Shown: piece after piece, positions 19,064 through 31,966 of the stretch | Position numbering within the stretch: the stretch's first letter is position 1 | How the letters are laid out: every line of letters starts with the position of its first letter | NCBI GenBank assembly: GCA_000166095.1 | Contig: CP002278.1 | Location: 1,211,343 to 1,243,342 of the forward strand | DNA: 32,000 nt | From: Methanothermus fervidus DSM 2088 | Lineage (GTDB): Archaea; Methanobacteriota; Methanobacteria; DSM-2088; Methanothermaceae | Direction of reading: 5' to 3' | Notes under the pieces: model-generated | Seen by the model: only the letters and a program-made list of their open reading frames with translations | What the model was told of the DNA's origin: nothing | The model's database searches: none | Made by a program: the position numbers and the translations under genes

Positions 19064-20230
19064 TCACTCTAAATTGAAATAATCGTTTAATTCAAATTTT
19101 TTAAATTTACTAAGCTCTTCCTTAGGAACATATAAACATATTTCTGCATGATCAAATTTGGCGTTTTCTAATGCTTTCACTAATGTAGAAACATCTGATA
19201 AATATGCTATGTTATTATACTCATCTACAACTTGTATTTTTGTTTCATCAAGACGTGGATATTCTGGCATGCTTACTATCACATAATCTCTATTTTCAAC
19301 CTTCATATCCTCTGCAATCTCTTCTTCAATTTTTCTAATCTTTCTATCATCTATTTCAAAAACCTTCTCTGGTTTTGATAAATTTGCTAATTTTATAGAA
19401 GATGCAATTTTTAAAAGATTTCTACGATCTAATCTATCTATAATATCTTTTGCTATTCCATTCTTTTGTTTTCTGCAAATTGCAACAATATCAATATCAT
19501 CATACCTGTATATTTTCTTAGGATCAATAATACCATCAGATACTAACTTTTTTAAAGCTTTACCAAACATCGCATTTGCAATTCTTGTTGTATGATGTTG
19601 GTAAACAGTAGGATACATGAAATATCGTGCTAACAATGTTGATTCTGCAGCCTGAACTCCTTTTTTATCAAGAACTATATTTTTTTCAATCCTCATACTT
19701 GAAATAAGTCTTTCAATGTCAATTATTCCATATGCAACGCCCGTGTAATAGGAATCTCTAAGAAGATAATCCATTTTATCAACATCTAATTCACTGGATA
19801 GCATCTGCCCAAGAATGCCCTTACCTTTAATTACATCGGTTATTTCTTTTACTTGGAATTTTTCACGTAAAATGTCTGCTATAACTGATTTTTTAATTAC
19901 TTTCACTGTTAAATCCTCATGAGAATATCCTAATATATTTTCTGAAACATGAGAAAATGGACCATGACCTATATCATGAAGTAAGGCAGCTATACGAACA
20001 ATTTCTTTTTCTTCTTTACTTAAATTAAGACTTTCAGCTAATGAAGATGCAAGATACAAAGTTCCTATTGAATGTTCAAAACGGGAATGATTTGCTCCAG
20101 GATATACTAAGTAAGAAAAACCAAGTTGTTTCACTCTTCTAAGTCTTTGAACAGGGTATGTATCAATTATCTTAATTTCAAAATCATCTAATTTTAAATT
20201 TCCATGGATAGAATCTCTAATAAATTTCAT
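19064..20230 (-). CDS. HD-domain phosphohydrolase (dGTPase/SAMHD1-like superfamily)
   Basis: HSRFEHSIGTLYLASSLAESL, AALLHDIGHGPFSH, LDVDKMDYLLRDSYYTGVAYG. Confidence 0.93.
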   Translation of the reverse strand: MKFIRDSIHGNLKLDDFEIKIIDTYPVQRLRRVKQLGFSYLVYPGANHSRFEHSIGTLYLASSLAESLNLSKEEKEIVRIAALLHDIGHGPFSHVSENILGYSHEDLTVKVIKKSVIADILREKFQVKEITDVIKGKGILGQMLSSELDVDKMDYLLRDSYYTGVAYGIIDIERLISSMRIEKNIVLDKKGVQAAESTLLARYFMYPTVYQHHTTRIANAMFGKALKKLVSDGIIDPKKIYRYDDIDIVAICRKQKNGIAKDIIDRLDRRNLLKIASSIKLANLSKPEKVFEIDDRKIRKIEEEIAEDMKVENRDYVIVSMPEYPRLDETKIQVVDEYNNIAYLSDVSTLVKALENAKFDHAEICLYVPKEELSKFKKFELNDYFNLE

Positions 20231-20231
20231 T

Positions 20232-22878
<2,647 letters not shown>

Positions 22879-22880
22879 TT

Positions 22881-23432
22881 GTGAAAGAAATAAGTTTAAA
22901 TCTTGCATATAAACTTTTAGCACCACGACCTACAGTTATTGTTACAACAATAAGTAAGGATGGAATTGTCAATGCAGCACCATTCTCATTTACAATGCCT
23001 ATATCGATGGATCCACCTATTGTTGCATTCGCTTCAGTTCCAGAGCATGACACAACAAAAAATATAAAGGAAACTAAAGAATTTGTAATGAATCTTGTAC
23101 ATGAAGATATAATTGAGATGATGTGGATCACAGCTAAGAAATTTCCTAGAGATGTAAATGAGTTAGAGAAGGCTAATTTGACAGAAATAAAATCAAAAGT
23201 CGTCAGTCCTCCAAAAATAAAGGAATCGTTTGGGCATCTGGAATGTAAAGCTATTAAAATTGAAGAAATAGGAGATCATTGTTTAATAGTTGGAAAAGTA
23301 GTAAATGCGACTGTCAAGAAAAACTGCATTAAAGATGAATTGCTAAATGTTGAGAAAATTAAACCCGTACTTCATGTTGGTGGTAAGAAGTTTGTAATTG
23401 GAGACCATGTGAGGTTTATTCATGACATTTAA
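22881..23432 (+). CDS. Flavin reductase-like (FMN-binding split barrel) protein
   Basis: YKLLAPRPTVIVTTISKDGIVNAAPFSFTMPISMDPPIVAFASVPEHDTTKNI; GTG start, GGAGGT upstream. Confidence 0.9.
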   Translation: MKEISLNLAYKLLAPRPTVIVTTISKDGIVNAAPFSFTMPISMDPPIVAFASVPEHDTTKNIKETKEFVMNLVHEDIIEMMWITAKKFPRDVNELEKANLTEIKSKVVSPPKIKESFGHLECKAIKIEEIGDHCLIVGKVVNATVKKNCIKDELLNVEKIKPVLHVGGKKFVIGDHVRFIHDI

Positions 23433-23829
23433 AAAAATAATGATTGCAACTGATGGGTCAGAGAATGCTGAAAAAGCTGCAAAAGTAGGTATAGATTTAG
23501 CTAAGTCTGTAGGTGGAAAGGTAATAGCAGTATATGTGATGGATGAAAGACTCATGCAACCTTATGATGTGATGGAGGATGAAGGAAAAAATGCACTAAA
23601 GAGAATTCAGAAGATTGGTCGTAAGAAAAATGTAGTTGTGGATGAAATACTAATTTTAGGCAATCCTATTGAAGATTTACCTAAGATTGCCAATAAAGTA
23701 AATGCTGACATTGTAGTATTGGCATCGCAAAGTAAAGGCAAATTTGAGAGAATAATACTTGGAAGTACAACAAAAAGCATGTTAGAAAATTGTAATGTTC
23801 CTCTATTGATCACGCCGCAAAAATATTAA
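23422..23829 (+). CDS. Universal stress protein (UspA family)
   Basis: IMIATDGSENAEKAAKVGIDLAKSVGGKVIAVYV...GNPIEDLPKIANKVNADIVVLASQ...GSTTKSMLENCNVPLLI. Confidence 0.95.
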   Translation: MTFKKIMIATDGSENAEKAAKVGIDLAKSVGGKVIAVYVMDERLMQPYDVMEDEGKNALKRIQKIGRKKNVVVDEILILGNPIEDLPKIANKVNADIVVLASQSKGKFERIILGSTTKSMLENCNVPLLITPQKY

Positions 23830-24635
23830 CGACTTTTCCTTACGTCCTCTACAGTATATGGAATGTTTTCTTTTTCAAGTTTTTCTAATACTCTTTCGCT
23901 CATTCTGCCAACTGCTAATATTAGACTACTTAAACCTCTGTTTGCAGCATGTATCGCACATTCTGGTGCCGCAAACTCAAAATCATATTTTATTCCTAAT
24001 TTGTTTGCAACTGCCCTTGCTATCGTCCCCATGATTCCAACTCTATCAAAAGATTTTTCCTCAATAATTTTTTTTATTTTTTCAAAATCACAAGCTTTTG
24101 ATCCACCTTCAAACATAGTGGGAAGAACAAGTATTGTTACTTCTCCTTTTGGAACATTAATTGTACCTTTTATATCCATAACAGCTACATCTTCTCCATC
24201 ATTAGCATTTGTTATAGCTTTAGCATATGCACCAGCCGCATTTGCTGGAGAATCTATCTTTTTTGCATACAAAACACCATTTTCTAGAAACAATTCAACA
24301 TAATCTCCTTTTTTTATTTTTCCTTTTGCAATTGCTGGCCATATGGTTTTATATTTTCTCATTACATCAAGTATATCATTTATATATTCTTTCATAGACA
24401 TTGCATATTTTCTTAATTTTTCAAGTCCTTTTTTTGTGAGTCTATATTCAGATCTTCTATGGCCATATTCTACATATCCTTCTTTAACCAAACTTTTAAT
24501 ATTTTCAGACACTGCTTGTACGGTTATTCCAATCTTTTTTGCTATGTCGCGTTGTCTCAAATGTGGTTGGCTTCTCGCTATTTCAGCAAGTATTTGAAAA
24601 CGTGTTAATTCTCCTTTTCCTTTAAAAATTTTCAT
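23826..24635 (-). CDS. Archaeal winged-HTH transcriptional regulator with C-terminal ligand-binding-like domain
   Basis: LRQRDIAKKIGITVQAVSENIKSLVKEGYVEYGHRRSEYRLTKKG plus a conserved uncharacterised C-terminal part. Confidence 0.8.
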   Translation of the reverse strand: MKIFKGKGELTRFQILAEIARSQPHLRQRDIAKKIGITVQAVSENIKSLVKEGYVEYGHRRSEYRLTKKGLEKLRKYAMSMKEYINDILDVMRKYKTIWPAIAKGKIKKGDYVELFLENGVLYAKKIDSPANAAGAYAKAITNANDGEDVAVMDIKGTINVPKGEVTILVLPTMFEGGSKACDFEKIKKIIEEKSFDRVGIMGTIARAVANKLGIKYDFEFAAPECAIHAANRGLSSLILAVGRMSERVLEKLEKENIPYTVEDVRKSR

Positions 24636-25999
24636 ATAGGCACTCCTAATTTGTTATCTAAAATTTGATCAAACAAATCTATGAAATCTGCTTCCCTATC
24701 TTGAGGTATATATGCACCACAAGCTACGGCATGTCCTCCTCCATTTCCTCCAACTTTTTCAGATATTTTCTTTATGAGTTTACCAAAATGTATATTTTTA
24801 AAGTAAAATAATCTAGAGCAACGTAAAGACACTTTTACATAATTTTCATCTACATATGTAAGACCAAGTATTGGTTTCCTCCAATCACCATAAGACAATG
24901 CCAAATTAGCAACCGAACCAATTGCCTCAGGTTTTATATCATCTATGAAATATTGTAAATTTTTTTCTTGTGATATAGCATATCTCACAGATTTAACACT
25001 CTTTGCTAAATACCTTCTATGTTCTCTTAATATCTTTTCCAATTTCTTTAAAGTGTTCCCTCTTTCACCTTTTAAAATTTTAAGCGCTATATCAAACTTT
25101 TTATTTCTACTACATGCATTTATGGCAGTTGAAAATTCTGTTAGATCTCTTAACAATGAATATCTTTCTTCAGGTAAAAAATCATATACTTCTCCACTAA
25201 TAAGTTTTGGAAGATATTTTGAATATTTTCGTGGAACCTCTTTATTAAGCATTTTTATTAGTTCTATAAAAAGTTTTTTCTTTTCTTCTCCATTAAGATC
25301 AGATAGAGTCCTCCACTTTTCACCATCTTTACGAGGTATTTTCAATTTTTTAAGTAATAAAATACATTCTGTCTTATTATTAGTTATTGGCAGCTTAACA
25401 TCATTAAAATAAGATAATGCAATATGTATAGGCCTAGTTTGCCTACCATATATTGTAAGATCTTTAGAAACTTTTAATAACTTTAAACTGATACTATCAT
25501 TCAATATGTACCTATTTAATCCTCTAAGCTGACCAATGCTATTTTGCATATCTCCAATTGCAGATAATACCCCAATCCAGCTCAATTCCTTTAAATTAAA
25601 AGTTTTAGATAATAGATATGCTAAACCTCCCCCAGAAATTTCTGTTGACCCATCTATTCCATAAAACATGGGGTTTATTTCTATAAAATTTTTATCATCT
25701 TTTGGCTTACGAATCGGCGGATGATGATCTAGAATTAATATTTTACCTTTTTCTTCTAATTCTTGCCCAGAGCCCAAATCAGAAAAAATCGTGAGATCAG
25801 AATCCATGTCCACTCCATCAATTTCATCAATGTTAATAAATTCTATTTTATAATCTTTGCCTAATTCTTCCATTAAATAAGATAATATTGCACCTGCGCA
25901 TATTCCATCACAATCTATATGTGTGTATATGTTTACATTTTCTGCTTCTTCAATAACTTTTTTTGCATGTAGAAATTTATGAAGTAACTCAGATTTCAT
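24632..25999 (-). CDS. DHH-family phosphoesterase / archaeal RecJ-like nuclease
   Basis: VNIYTHIDCDGICAGAIL, ILDHHPP, GLAYLLSK, C-terminal GGHAVACGAYI (DHHA1 motif). Confidence 0.9.
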   Translation of the reverse strand: MKSELLHKFLHAKKVIEEAENVNIYTHIDCDGICAGAILSYLMEELGKDYKIEFINIDEIDGVDMDSDLTIFSDLGSGQELEEKGKILILDHHPPIRKPKDDKNFIEINPMFYGIDGSTEISGGGLAYLLSKTFNLKELSWIGVLSAIGDMQNSIGQLRGLNRYILNDSISLKLLKVSKDLTIYGRQTRPIHIALSYFNDVKLPITNNKTECILLLKKLKIPRKDGEKWRTLSDLNGEEKKKLFIELIKMLNKEVPRKYSKYLPKLISGEVYDFLPEERYSLLRDLTEFSTAINACSRNKKFDIALKILKGERGNTLKKLEKILREHRRYLAKSVKSVRYAISQEKNLQYFIDDIKPEAIGSVANLALSYGDWRKPILGLTYVDENYVKVSLRCSRLFYFKNIHFGKLIKKISEKVGGNGGGHAVACGAYIPQDREADFIDLFDQILDNKLGVPI

Positions 26000-26265
26000 C
26001 TCATCGCCTTAATCAACCTACTAATTTTTTTCATTATTTCTATTTTACTTTTAGTTTTTTTAATGCGCAACCTACCTTTTCTTTCCCACCAGCTTCTTGG
26101 ATAATATTTATTTTTTTCTATTTCTGGTTCAAGACCAAGTTTTTTGGCAGCTTCATACATTTCCTTAATTGTTGGATCCTTTACTGCGTCTTTTTTTGGA
26201 ATTTTACGACCTTCTTTACGTGTCTTCTTAGAATCTATGTTTGCTGGCCATATGACGGCTTCAAT
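25996..26265 (-). CDS. srp19: Signal recognition particle 19 kDa protein (SRP19), apparent ATT start, not in the supplied ORF track
   Basis: Own translation: (I/M)[94 protein letters not shown] lies 7 nt upstream of the ATT; ATGA overlap with the DHH gene. Confidence 0.93.
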   Translation of the reverse strand: MEAVIWPANIDSKKTRKEGRKIPKKDAVKDPTIKEMYEAAKKLGLEPEIEKNKYYPRSWWERKGRLRIKKTKSKIEIMKKISRLIKAMR

Positions 26266-27049
26266 CTTCCATCCTCCTGAATTCCCTAAATATTTCTAAT
26301 ATCATTTCACGCACTGTATATTTATGAGGAATTATAGGTACTATCGCATATTCAAATAATGTATTAGCTGTTATGGGTCCTATTGCAGCAGCTAAAACCT
26401 TTTTACTAGATAAAACTTTTATGACTTCATCTTTTTTATTTCCTGCAACTTTAAATAAGTTTTTAACTGTTAATGGACTTGTAAAAGTTATTGCATCTAT
26501 TTCATTGTTTATTATTTTATTTATTAACTTTTTTATCTTGGAAACATCTTTAGGTAGAGTTGATTTATAAGCTTCTGCAACATAAACATTTGCTCCCATT
26601 TCTTCCAATGATTTAATCAATGTTTTTCTTGCTGCTTTAGTGCGCGGTATAGCAACGTTTTTATCTTTCATATCATAATTTTTGAGAGTTTCTATAAGAC
26701 TTTCAGTAACATATTCTGGTGGTTCAACATCTACTTTTAAGCCTTTTTCAATAACTGTTTTTTTTGTTTTTGGACCTATAACCGCTATTTTTGCATTTTT
26801 ATTTAATTTTTTAGGGAATTGAGGACAACATTCCAGAAGTGCATCCACTGCAAAAGGAGAAGTGAAAATTACCCAATCAAGTTTATCAGCAATTTTACAA
26901 ATTTTCATGAGTGATTCTGTACAAAGCTTTTTTAATTCTAAAGTAGGCACAACTAATGCCTTGCCACCATGCTTTTCAATAATATCAACAGCTTCCTGAG
27001 CTCTATCTTTAGGTCTAGTGACGGCAATAATTTTATTCTTCATCTCCAT
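26261..27049 (-). CDS. hemD: Uroporphyrinogen-III synthase HemD
   Basis: [33 protein letters not shown]...[13 protein letters not shown]...[14 protein letters not shown]. Confidence 0.9.
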   Translation of the reverse strand: MEMKNKIIAVTRPKDRAQEAVDIIEKHGGKALVVPTLELKKLCTESLMKICKIADKLDWVIFTSPFAVDALLECCPQFPKKLNKNAKIAVIGPKTKKTVIEKGLKVDVEPPEYVTESLIETLKNYDMKDKNVAIPRTKAARKTLIKSLEEMGANVYVAEAYKSTLPKDVSKIKKLINKIINNEIDAITFTSPLTVKNLFKVAGNKKDEVIKVLSSKKVLAAAIGPITANTLFEYAIVPIIPHKYTVREMILEIFREFRRMED

Positions 27050-27767
27050 CCCATTCCTCCAAAATTATGTCCTCAAACATTTTAATAACTTCACCTACTA
27101 TTATTATTGCGGGGGGTTTAATATTATCTTTTTTGTAGATATTATCTATTGTACCTAGGATTATTCTTTGTTTAGGAGTTAATCCTTTCTCTATTACACA
27201 AACTGGAGTCTTTGGATCTCTATATTTCATTAATTTTTTCATGTTTTCTTTTAATTTTCCAACACCCATAAGTATAACTAATGTATCTGCTTTATAATCC
27301 CATTTAACATGTTTTTCATCTTTTTTAGGGTCTTCATGGCCTGTTACAACCGTAAAAGAACTTGAAACTTTACGATGTGTCAATGGTAATCCTATGGATG
27401 TAGGTACTCCTATGGCAGAGGTTATGCCAGGTATGATTTTAAAAGGAATATTTTCTTTCTTTAATTCAAGTATTTCTTCACCGCCTCTACCAAATACGAA
27501 AGGATCACCGCCTTTAAGCCTTACAACAACCTTTTTTTTCTTACCTTCTTCCACTAATATCCTATTTATCTCTTCTTGTGTTTTATAGTGTTTCCCAGAT
27601 TTTTTACCCACGTAAATTAGTTTTGCATCTTTTTTTGCATAATTAAGTATTTTTTTATTGACTAAACGGTCATAGATGATAACATCTGCCTTTTTTAGAA
27701 TTTCCAATGCTTTTAATGTTATAAGTTTTGGATCTCCAGGACCAGCTCCAACTAAATAAACAACCAT
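27033..27767 (-). CDS. cobA: Uroporphyrinogen-III C-methyltransferase (CobA/SumT)
   Basis: [70 protein letters not shown]. Confidence 0.96.
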   Translation of the reverse strand: MVVYLVGAGPGDPKLITLKALEILKKADVIIYDRLVNKKILNYAKKDAKLIYVGKKSGKHYKTQEEINRILVEEGKKKKVVVRLKGGDPFVFGRGGEEILELKKENIPFKIIPGITSAIGVPTSIGLPLTHRKVSSSFTVVTGHEDPKKDEKHVKWDYKADTLVILMGVGKLKENMKKLMKYRDPKTPVCVIEKGLTPKQRIILGTIDNIYKKDNIKPPAIIIVGEVIKMFEDIILEEWDGDEE

Positions 27768-27783
27768 GAAATCACCAGGAAAT

Positions 27784-27810
27784 GTTAAATATAAGAAAAG
27801 TTAAATATAA
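27784..27810. repeat. Two 11-bp direct repeats GTTAAATATAA (27784-27794 and 27800-27810), probable TATA region
   Basis: Exact match read directly; 16-bp period; located between cobA and the surface-protein gene. Confidence 0.7.
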
Positions 27811-27813
27811 CTA

Positions 27814-30337
27814 ATGAAAAGGGAGGTGAAAACAATCTCTATTCTCTTAAAAAATCGACATATAGTATTACTCTCCCTGTTAATTGTCGTGGCAATGTTT
27901 TTTGTAGGAGTTGTTAATGCAACAAACATGACTAACGACTCCATAAGAATCCCATCACAAACGAATATCGATCCTACTGTAAATATATATGGAACAGTTT
28001 ATAATGGTTCATCAAATTATGGATTGGAAAATTGTACCATAAAAATTTTTGATTCAGGAAACAATTTTATAACACAAACAGTGACAGGACCTCAAGGTTC
28101 TTATTATGTCAGTTTCAATAGTTCAGAAACAAGATTTTATGTGACAGCCCTCAAACCAGGTTATTTGTCCTACACTAGAGAAATAAACGTGACTTCTAAT
28201 GTAACTAATCCTGCTGACCCTAACCTTTATGGTATTGCAAATTTCAGATTATATCCTTTACCAGCTTACAGCGGAAATGCGTCAAGCTTTCTTTTGAACG
28301 TGGGTGCGATTCCAAATGGTTTTATTAAATTTACAAGCAGCAAGATCAAATGCATCAGTAAACAGCCAAGTACCTCCCTACAGTAAAGGTGAAGCCACGC
28401 CATTAGAGGTCATATTACTTAGTGGTAATTTGTTAGAAGGATTATTAAATGTAAATTCAACTGATGATCAAGGTTTAGTAACCGGAGGAATAGACCCCAA
28501 CAATTTGCCTCCTTTGTTACGGGATTTAGGAATTAGTGCGGGAGCTCTACAGGGAGCTGCTTATTCAAGTACCAATCCCCCACAGGCAAGTGCAAATAGT
28601 AGTGTTGCAGGTTTGCAACTAACTTTACTGAATCTCGTGCAACTCATAAACTTAGGACTTATAACTTCAAATAGTAGTGTGTCACCGGATTTTAACACCG
28701 GAACTTTATATACTTCTTCACGTACTGGCACTATCGATACAATATCAGTTCTTAATGGAACACTTACGATCGATGCTTTAAATGTCAATGCAACGGCCAT
28801 TGCCAATGGTAAACCTGGAGGAGCTTCTGCACTTTATAATTGGAGTGTAGCTGACATAAAACTCTTAGGTACAAGTATCTTGGACCAGTTAAGATTAAAT
28901 GGGTTTGTCGAATTGCCAGGAGTACTAAGGATAGCGATAGGCAACAAAACTGAGGTGGTTTCTCCTGATGGTACCTACGCATTTGCTTGGGGAGATGCCC
29001 TAATCATAGAGCTTTTCAATGTCTTGCCCGGATATCAACTAATAACTTTAACCCTTGGCCATGCTGAAGCAACAGCAAGCGTGCCTTTAGGCGGTTTAAA
29101 ACCAGGATTAGACGTTGGGATTAAAAAACTCGTGAATACTACAACACCTAATTACATGGATGAAGTTGAGTTTACATTAGTTGCATATAACAATGGTCCT
29201 GGCAATGCTTCAAATGTTCAAGTAGTTGATCAATTGCCTAACGGTCTTAAATGGATTTCTGATGATTCTAATGGATCATATAACCCTTCAACAGGTATTT
29301 GGACAATAGGTAATCTAAATAATGGTAGCAGTGTAACATTACACATCAAAGCTCGTGTAATTATTTCCAACACCACCATTACTAACCTTGCTAGTATTAC
29401 AACCCCAGATGAAGACATGAATCCAGACAATGACAAAAGTTTAGTAGTATTATATGTTCCACCAGCAGCAGATCTCTCAATAGAGAAGAATGCAAGCGCA
29501 ACAACTGCAAGACTTGGAGACATAGTTACATTCACAATAACAGTCATGAACAATGGACCAGACAATGCAACAGATGTGAATGTAACAGATATGCTACCTT
29601 CTGGACTTGAATTTGTAAGCTGGAATGCAACAAAAGGAACCTACAATTCAACATCAGGAATCTGGAATGTTGGAAATCTAACAGCTGGAGAGACAGCAAC
29701 CTTAAATATAACAGCTAAGGTAACTGCATCAAACACAACAATTGTGAATGTTGCAAATGTGACAAGCAGCATCTATGATCAGAACACAACAAACAACAAT
29801 GCTCCAGTTACAGTAACTGTAACAGCACCAACAAACTTCACACTAAGCAACTTGACAGTCACTCCAACATCTGGAGTTGCACCACTAACAATAACTGCAA
29901 CTTGTAACATCACAAACACTGGAGGAACAGCTGGAAACTACACAGCAGTACTCTACATTAATGGTTCAGCAGTTGCAAATCAAACAATAACACTAGGTCC
30001 GGGAGAGACAACAACCGTGAACTTCACTTACACCTTAACACAACCAGGAACCTACAACGTTACAATAGGAAACTTAACACCAGTTACAGTAACTGTAACA
30101 GCACCAACACCTATACCAACACCAACGAAACCACCTGGAAAACCACATGTTCTAAAACCACCAAAACTAAAGATAACTAAGCCACCAAAACCAACAAAGA
30201 TCAAATTCTTAAAGAGAGGAAAAGAAAAGATAGGTAAAAAGAAAATTAAGATACCAGTTACTGGAGTGCCTCTAACTTATCTATTACTTGGATTAATCCT
30301 GATAATCCTTGGACTATCAGATAGAAGAAAAACATAA
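27814..30337 (+). CDS. Surface/adhesin-like protein split by a frameshift: signal peptide, two DUF11-type repeats, CARDB-like domain, Pro/Lys linker, C-terminal TM helix
   Basis: ORF 27814-28386 (signal peptide HIVLLSLLIVVAMFFVGVVNA) overlaps ORF 28304-30337 in another frame. Repeats: KLVNTTTPNYMDEVEFTLVAYNNGPGNASNVQVVDQLPNGL and ADLSIEKNASATTARLGDIVTFTITVMNNGPDNATDVNVTDMLPSGL. Confidence 0.8.
29805..29834. repeat. 30-bp exact direct repeat CCAGTTACAGTAACTGTAACAGCACCAACA, copy 1
   Basis: Identical to 30080-30109; encodes PVTVTVTAPT at domain boundaries of the surface protein. Confidence 0.9.
30080..30109. repeat. 30-bp exact direct repeat CCAGTTACAGTAACTGTAACAGCACCAACA, copy 2
   Basis: Identical to 29805-29834. 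Confidence 0.9.
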
Positions 30338-30344
30338 CGCCTAC

Positions 30345-30359
30345 TTTTTTATTTTTTTT
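30345..30359 (+). terminator. Archaeal oligo-T terminator (TTTTTTATTTTTTTT)
   Basis: T6-A-T8 run directly after the surface-protein stop codon. Confidence 0.6.
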
Positions 30360-31008
30360 ACCACTCTACAATACCCCTAAAAAATTTAATCCCATCTTCT
30401 GAACCTAAAATAGATTCCGATGCTCTTTCAGGATGAGGCATTATTGCACAAACTAACCCACTTTTATCACATACACCAGTTATTGAATCTATAGAGCCAT
30501 TCAAATTTTCTTTATGAAATTTTAAAACTACTTGGTCATTTTTATAAAGCTCATCAACATCTTTAACGTAATATCTACCCTCAGCATGTGCAATTGGCAT
30601 TTTAATTATTTCATTTTTAGAATAAAGGTGTGTGAAAGGAGTTCTTGTTGTCTTAACCTTAAGTTCTGTCCATCTGCAAATAAATTTAACATTTTTATTG
30701 ATTGTAAAAACTCCCGGTACCAGTGATGCTTCTGCAAGTATTTGAGCACCATTACAAATTCCTAAAACTGGTTTTTCATCTTTTACCAATTCTTTAATAC
30801 CATCTATTACAGGAGTTACGGATGCTATAGCACCTGCCCTTAAATAATCACCATATGAAAAACCACCAGGTATTATAGCAGCATCTAAATGAGATATATC
30901 TCTTTGGTCCCATCGTATATACTCTGGCTTTCCACCAGCAAGTTTTACTGCATGATAAACATCTCTATCACAATTAGATCCTGGGAATCTAATTATTCCA
31001 ATCCTCAT
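30358..31008 (-). CDS. purQ: Phosphoribosylformylglycinamidine synthase subunit PurQ
   Basis: [50 protein letters not shown]. Confidence 0.97.
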   Translation of the reverse strand: MRIGIIRFPGSNCDRDVYHAVKLAGGKPEYIRWDQRDISHLDAAIIPGGFSYGDYLRAGAIASVTPVIDGIKELVKDEKPVLGICNGAQILAEASLVPGVFTINKNVKFICRWTELKVKTTRTPFTHLYSKNEIIKMPIAHAEGRYYVKDVDELYKNDQVVLKFHKENLNGSIDSITGVCDKSGLVCAIMPHPERASESILGSEDGIKFFRGIVEW

Positions 31009-31256
31009 GATATCCGCTTCACATCTATTTTATAATCATGAATAACTGGATTACATAACAATCTTTTGCACATATCTTCCACACTATCTACTACACTTTT
31101 CTTATCTTTTCCATTCATTTCGAAATATATTAGATTTGCAGTCCTTGTATTTTCCACGTCGTAACCTAAGAGGGATAATCCTTTTTTTATTGCCAAAGCT
31201 TCAGGATCTAACATTCCCTTCTTTAGCTTTATTTTAATTTTTACCCTATATTTCAT
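31005..31256 (-). CDS. purS: Phosphoribosylformylglycinamidine synthase subunit PurS
   Basis: [28 protein letters not shown]; 83 aa between purQ and purC with ATGA overlaps. Confidence 0.93.
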   Translation of the reverse strand: MKYRVKIKIKLKKGMLDPEALAIKKGLSLLGYDVENTRTANLIYFEMNGKDKKSVVDSVEDMCKRLLCNPVIHDYKIDVKRIS

Positions 31257-31966
31257 ATTTTGTCACCTATTATCTCTGCAACTCTTTTGTATGCTTTTCC
31301 AACTCCTGATCTACCCTTCCTAAATATGTCTTTGTCAAAAGATTCTTTAGTTTTCTTTTCCCATAACCTACAAGTGTCAGGACTAATTTCATCGCCTAGT
31401 ACTAATTTTCCATTTTCATCTATTCCAAATTCAAATTTAATATCAGGGAGTATGAAACCCTTTTTATCTAAAAATTTTTTCAAAATTTCATTTGCTTTAA
31501 GTGCTATACGTTTAATTTCTTTAAGTTCTTTTTTATTTGCTATACCTAAAGCTTCAGCTATATCATCATTTAACATAGGGTCTCCATATTCATCACTTTT
31601 ATAATCCATTTGTACTATGGGTTTTTTAAATTTTTCCCCTTCCTTAAATGGATAACGCTTTACAATGCTCCCTGTAGCTATATTTCTAACTATAACTTCT
31701 AAGGGTATCATTTTAAGTTTTGAAACAAGCATATATCTTGGTTTTAATAACTTAATAAAATGAGTATTTATTCCATTCTCCTCTAAAACCTTAAAAAGTT
31801 TTGCAGATATTATAGAACAATAATATCCTTTTTTATGTATTTTATCTTTTTTTGCACCATCTCCAGCAGTTATGTCATCTCTAAATTTAATTATTAAATG
31901 GGAAGGATTATCAGTTTCATATACATCTTTTACTTTGCCTCTATGCAACAATTTCCCAAGTTTCAT
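31253..31966 (-). CDS. purC: SAICAR synthase PurC
   Basis: [61 protein letters not shown]. Confidence 0.97.
   Translation of the reverse strand: MKLGKLLHRGKVKDVYETDNPSHLIIKFRDDITAGDGAKKDKIHKKGYYCSIISAKLFKVLEENGINTHFIKLLKPRYMLVSKLKMIPLEVIVRNIATGSIVKRYPFKEGEKFKKPIVQMDYKSDEYGDPMLNDDIAEALGIANKKELKEIKRIALKANEILKKFLDKKGFILPDIKFEFGIDENGKLVLGDEISPDTCRLWEKKTKESFDKDIFRKGRSGVGKAYKRVAEIIGDKI

Noticed and set aside
25963-26280. 105-aa plus-strand ORF in the supplied track
   Set aside because: Low-complexity Phe/Ser-rich translation, fully antisense to the clearly real SRP19 gene.
28561-29565. Minus-strand ORFs of 65-111 aa opposite the surface-protein gene
   Set aside because: Antisense to repetitive Thr/Asn/Val-rich coding sequence; no start signals or family resemblance.
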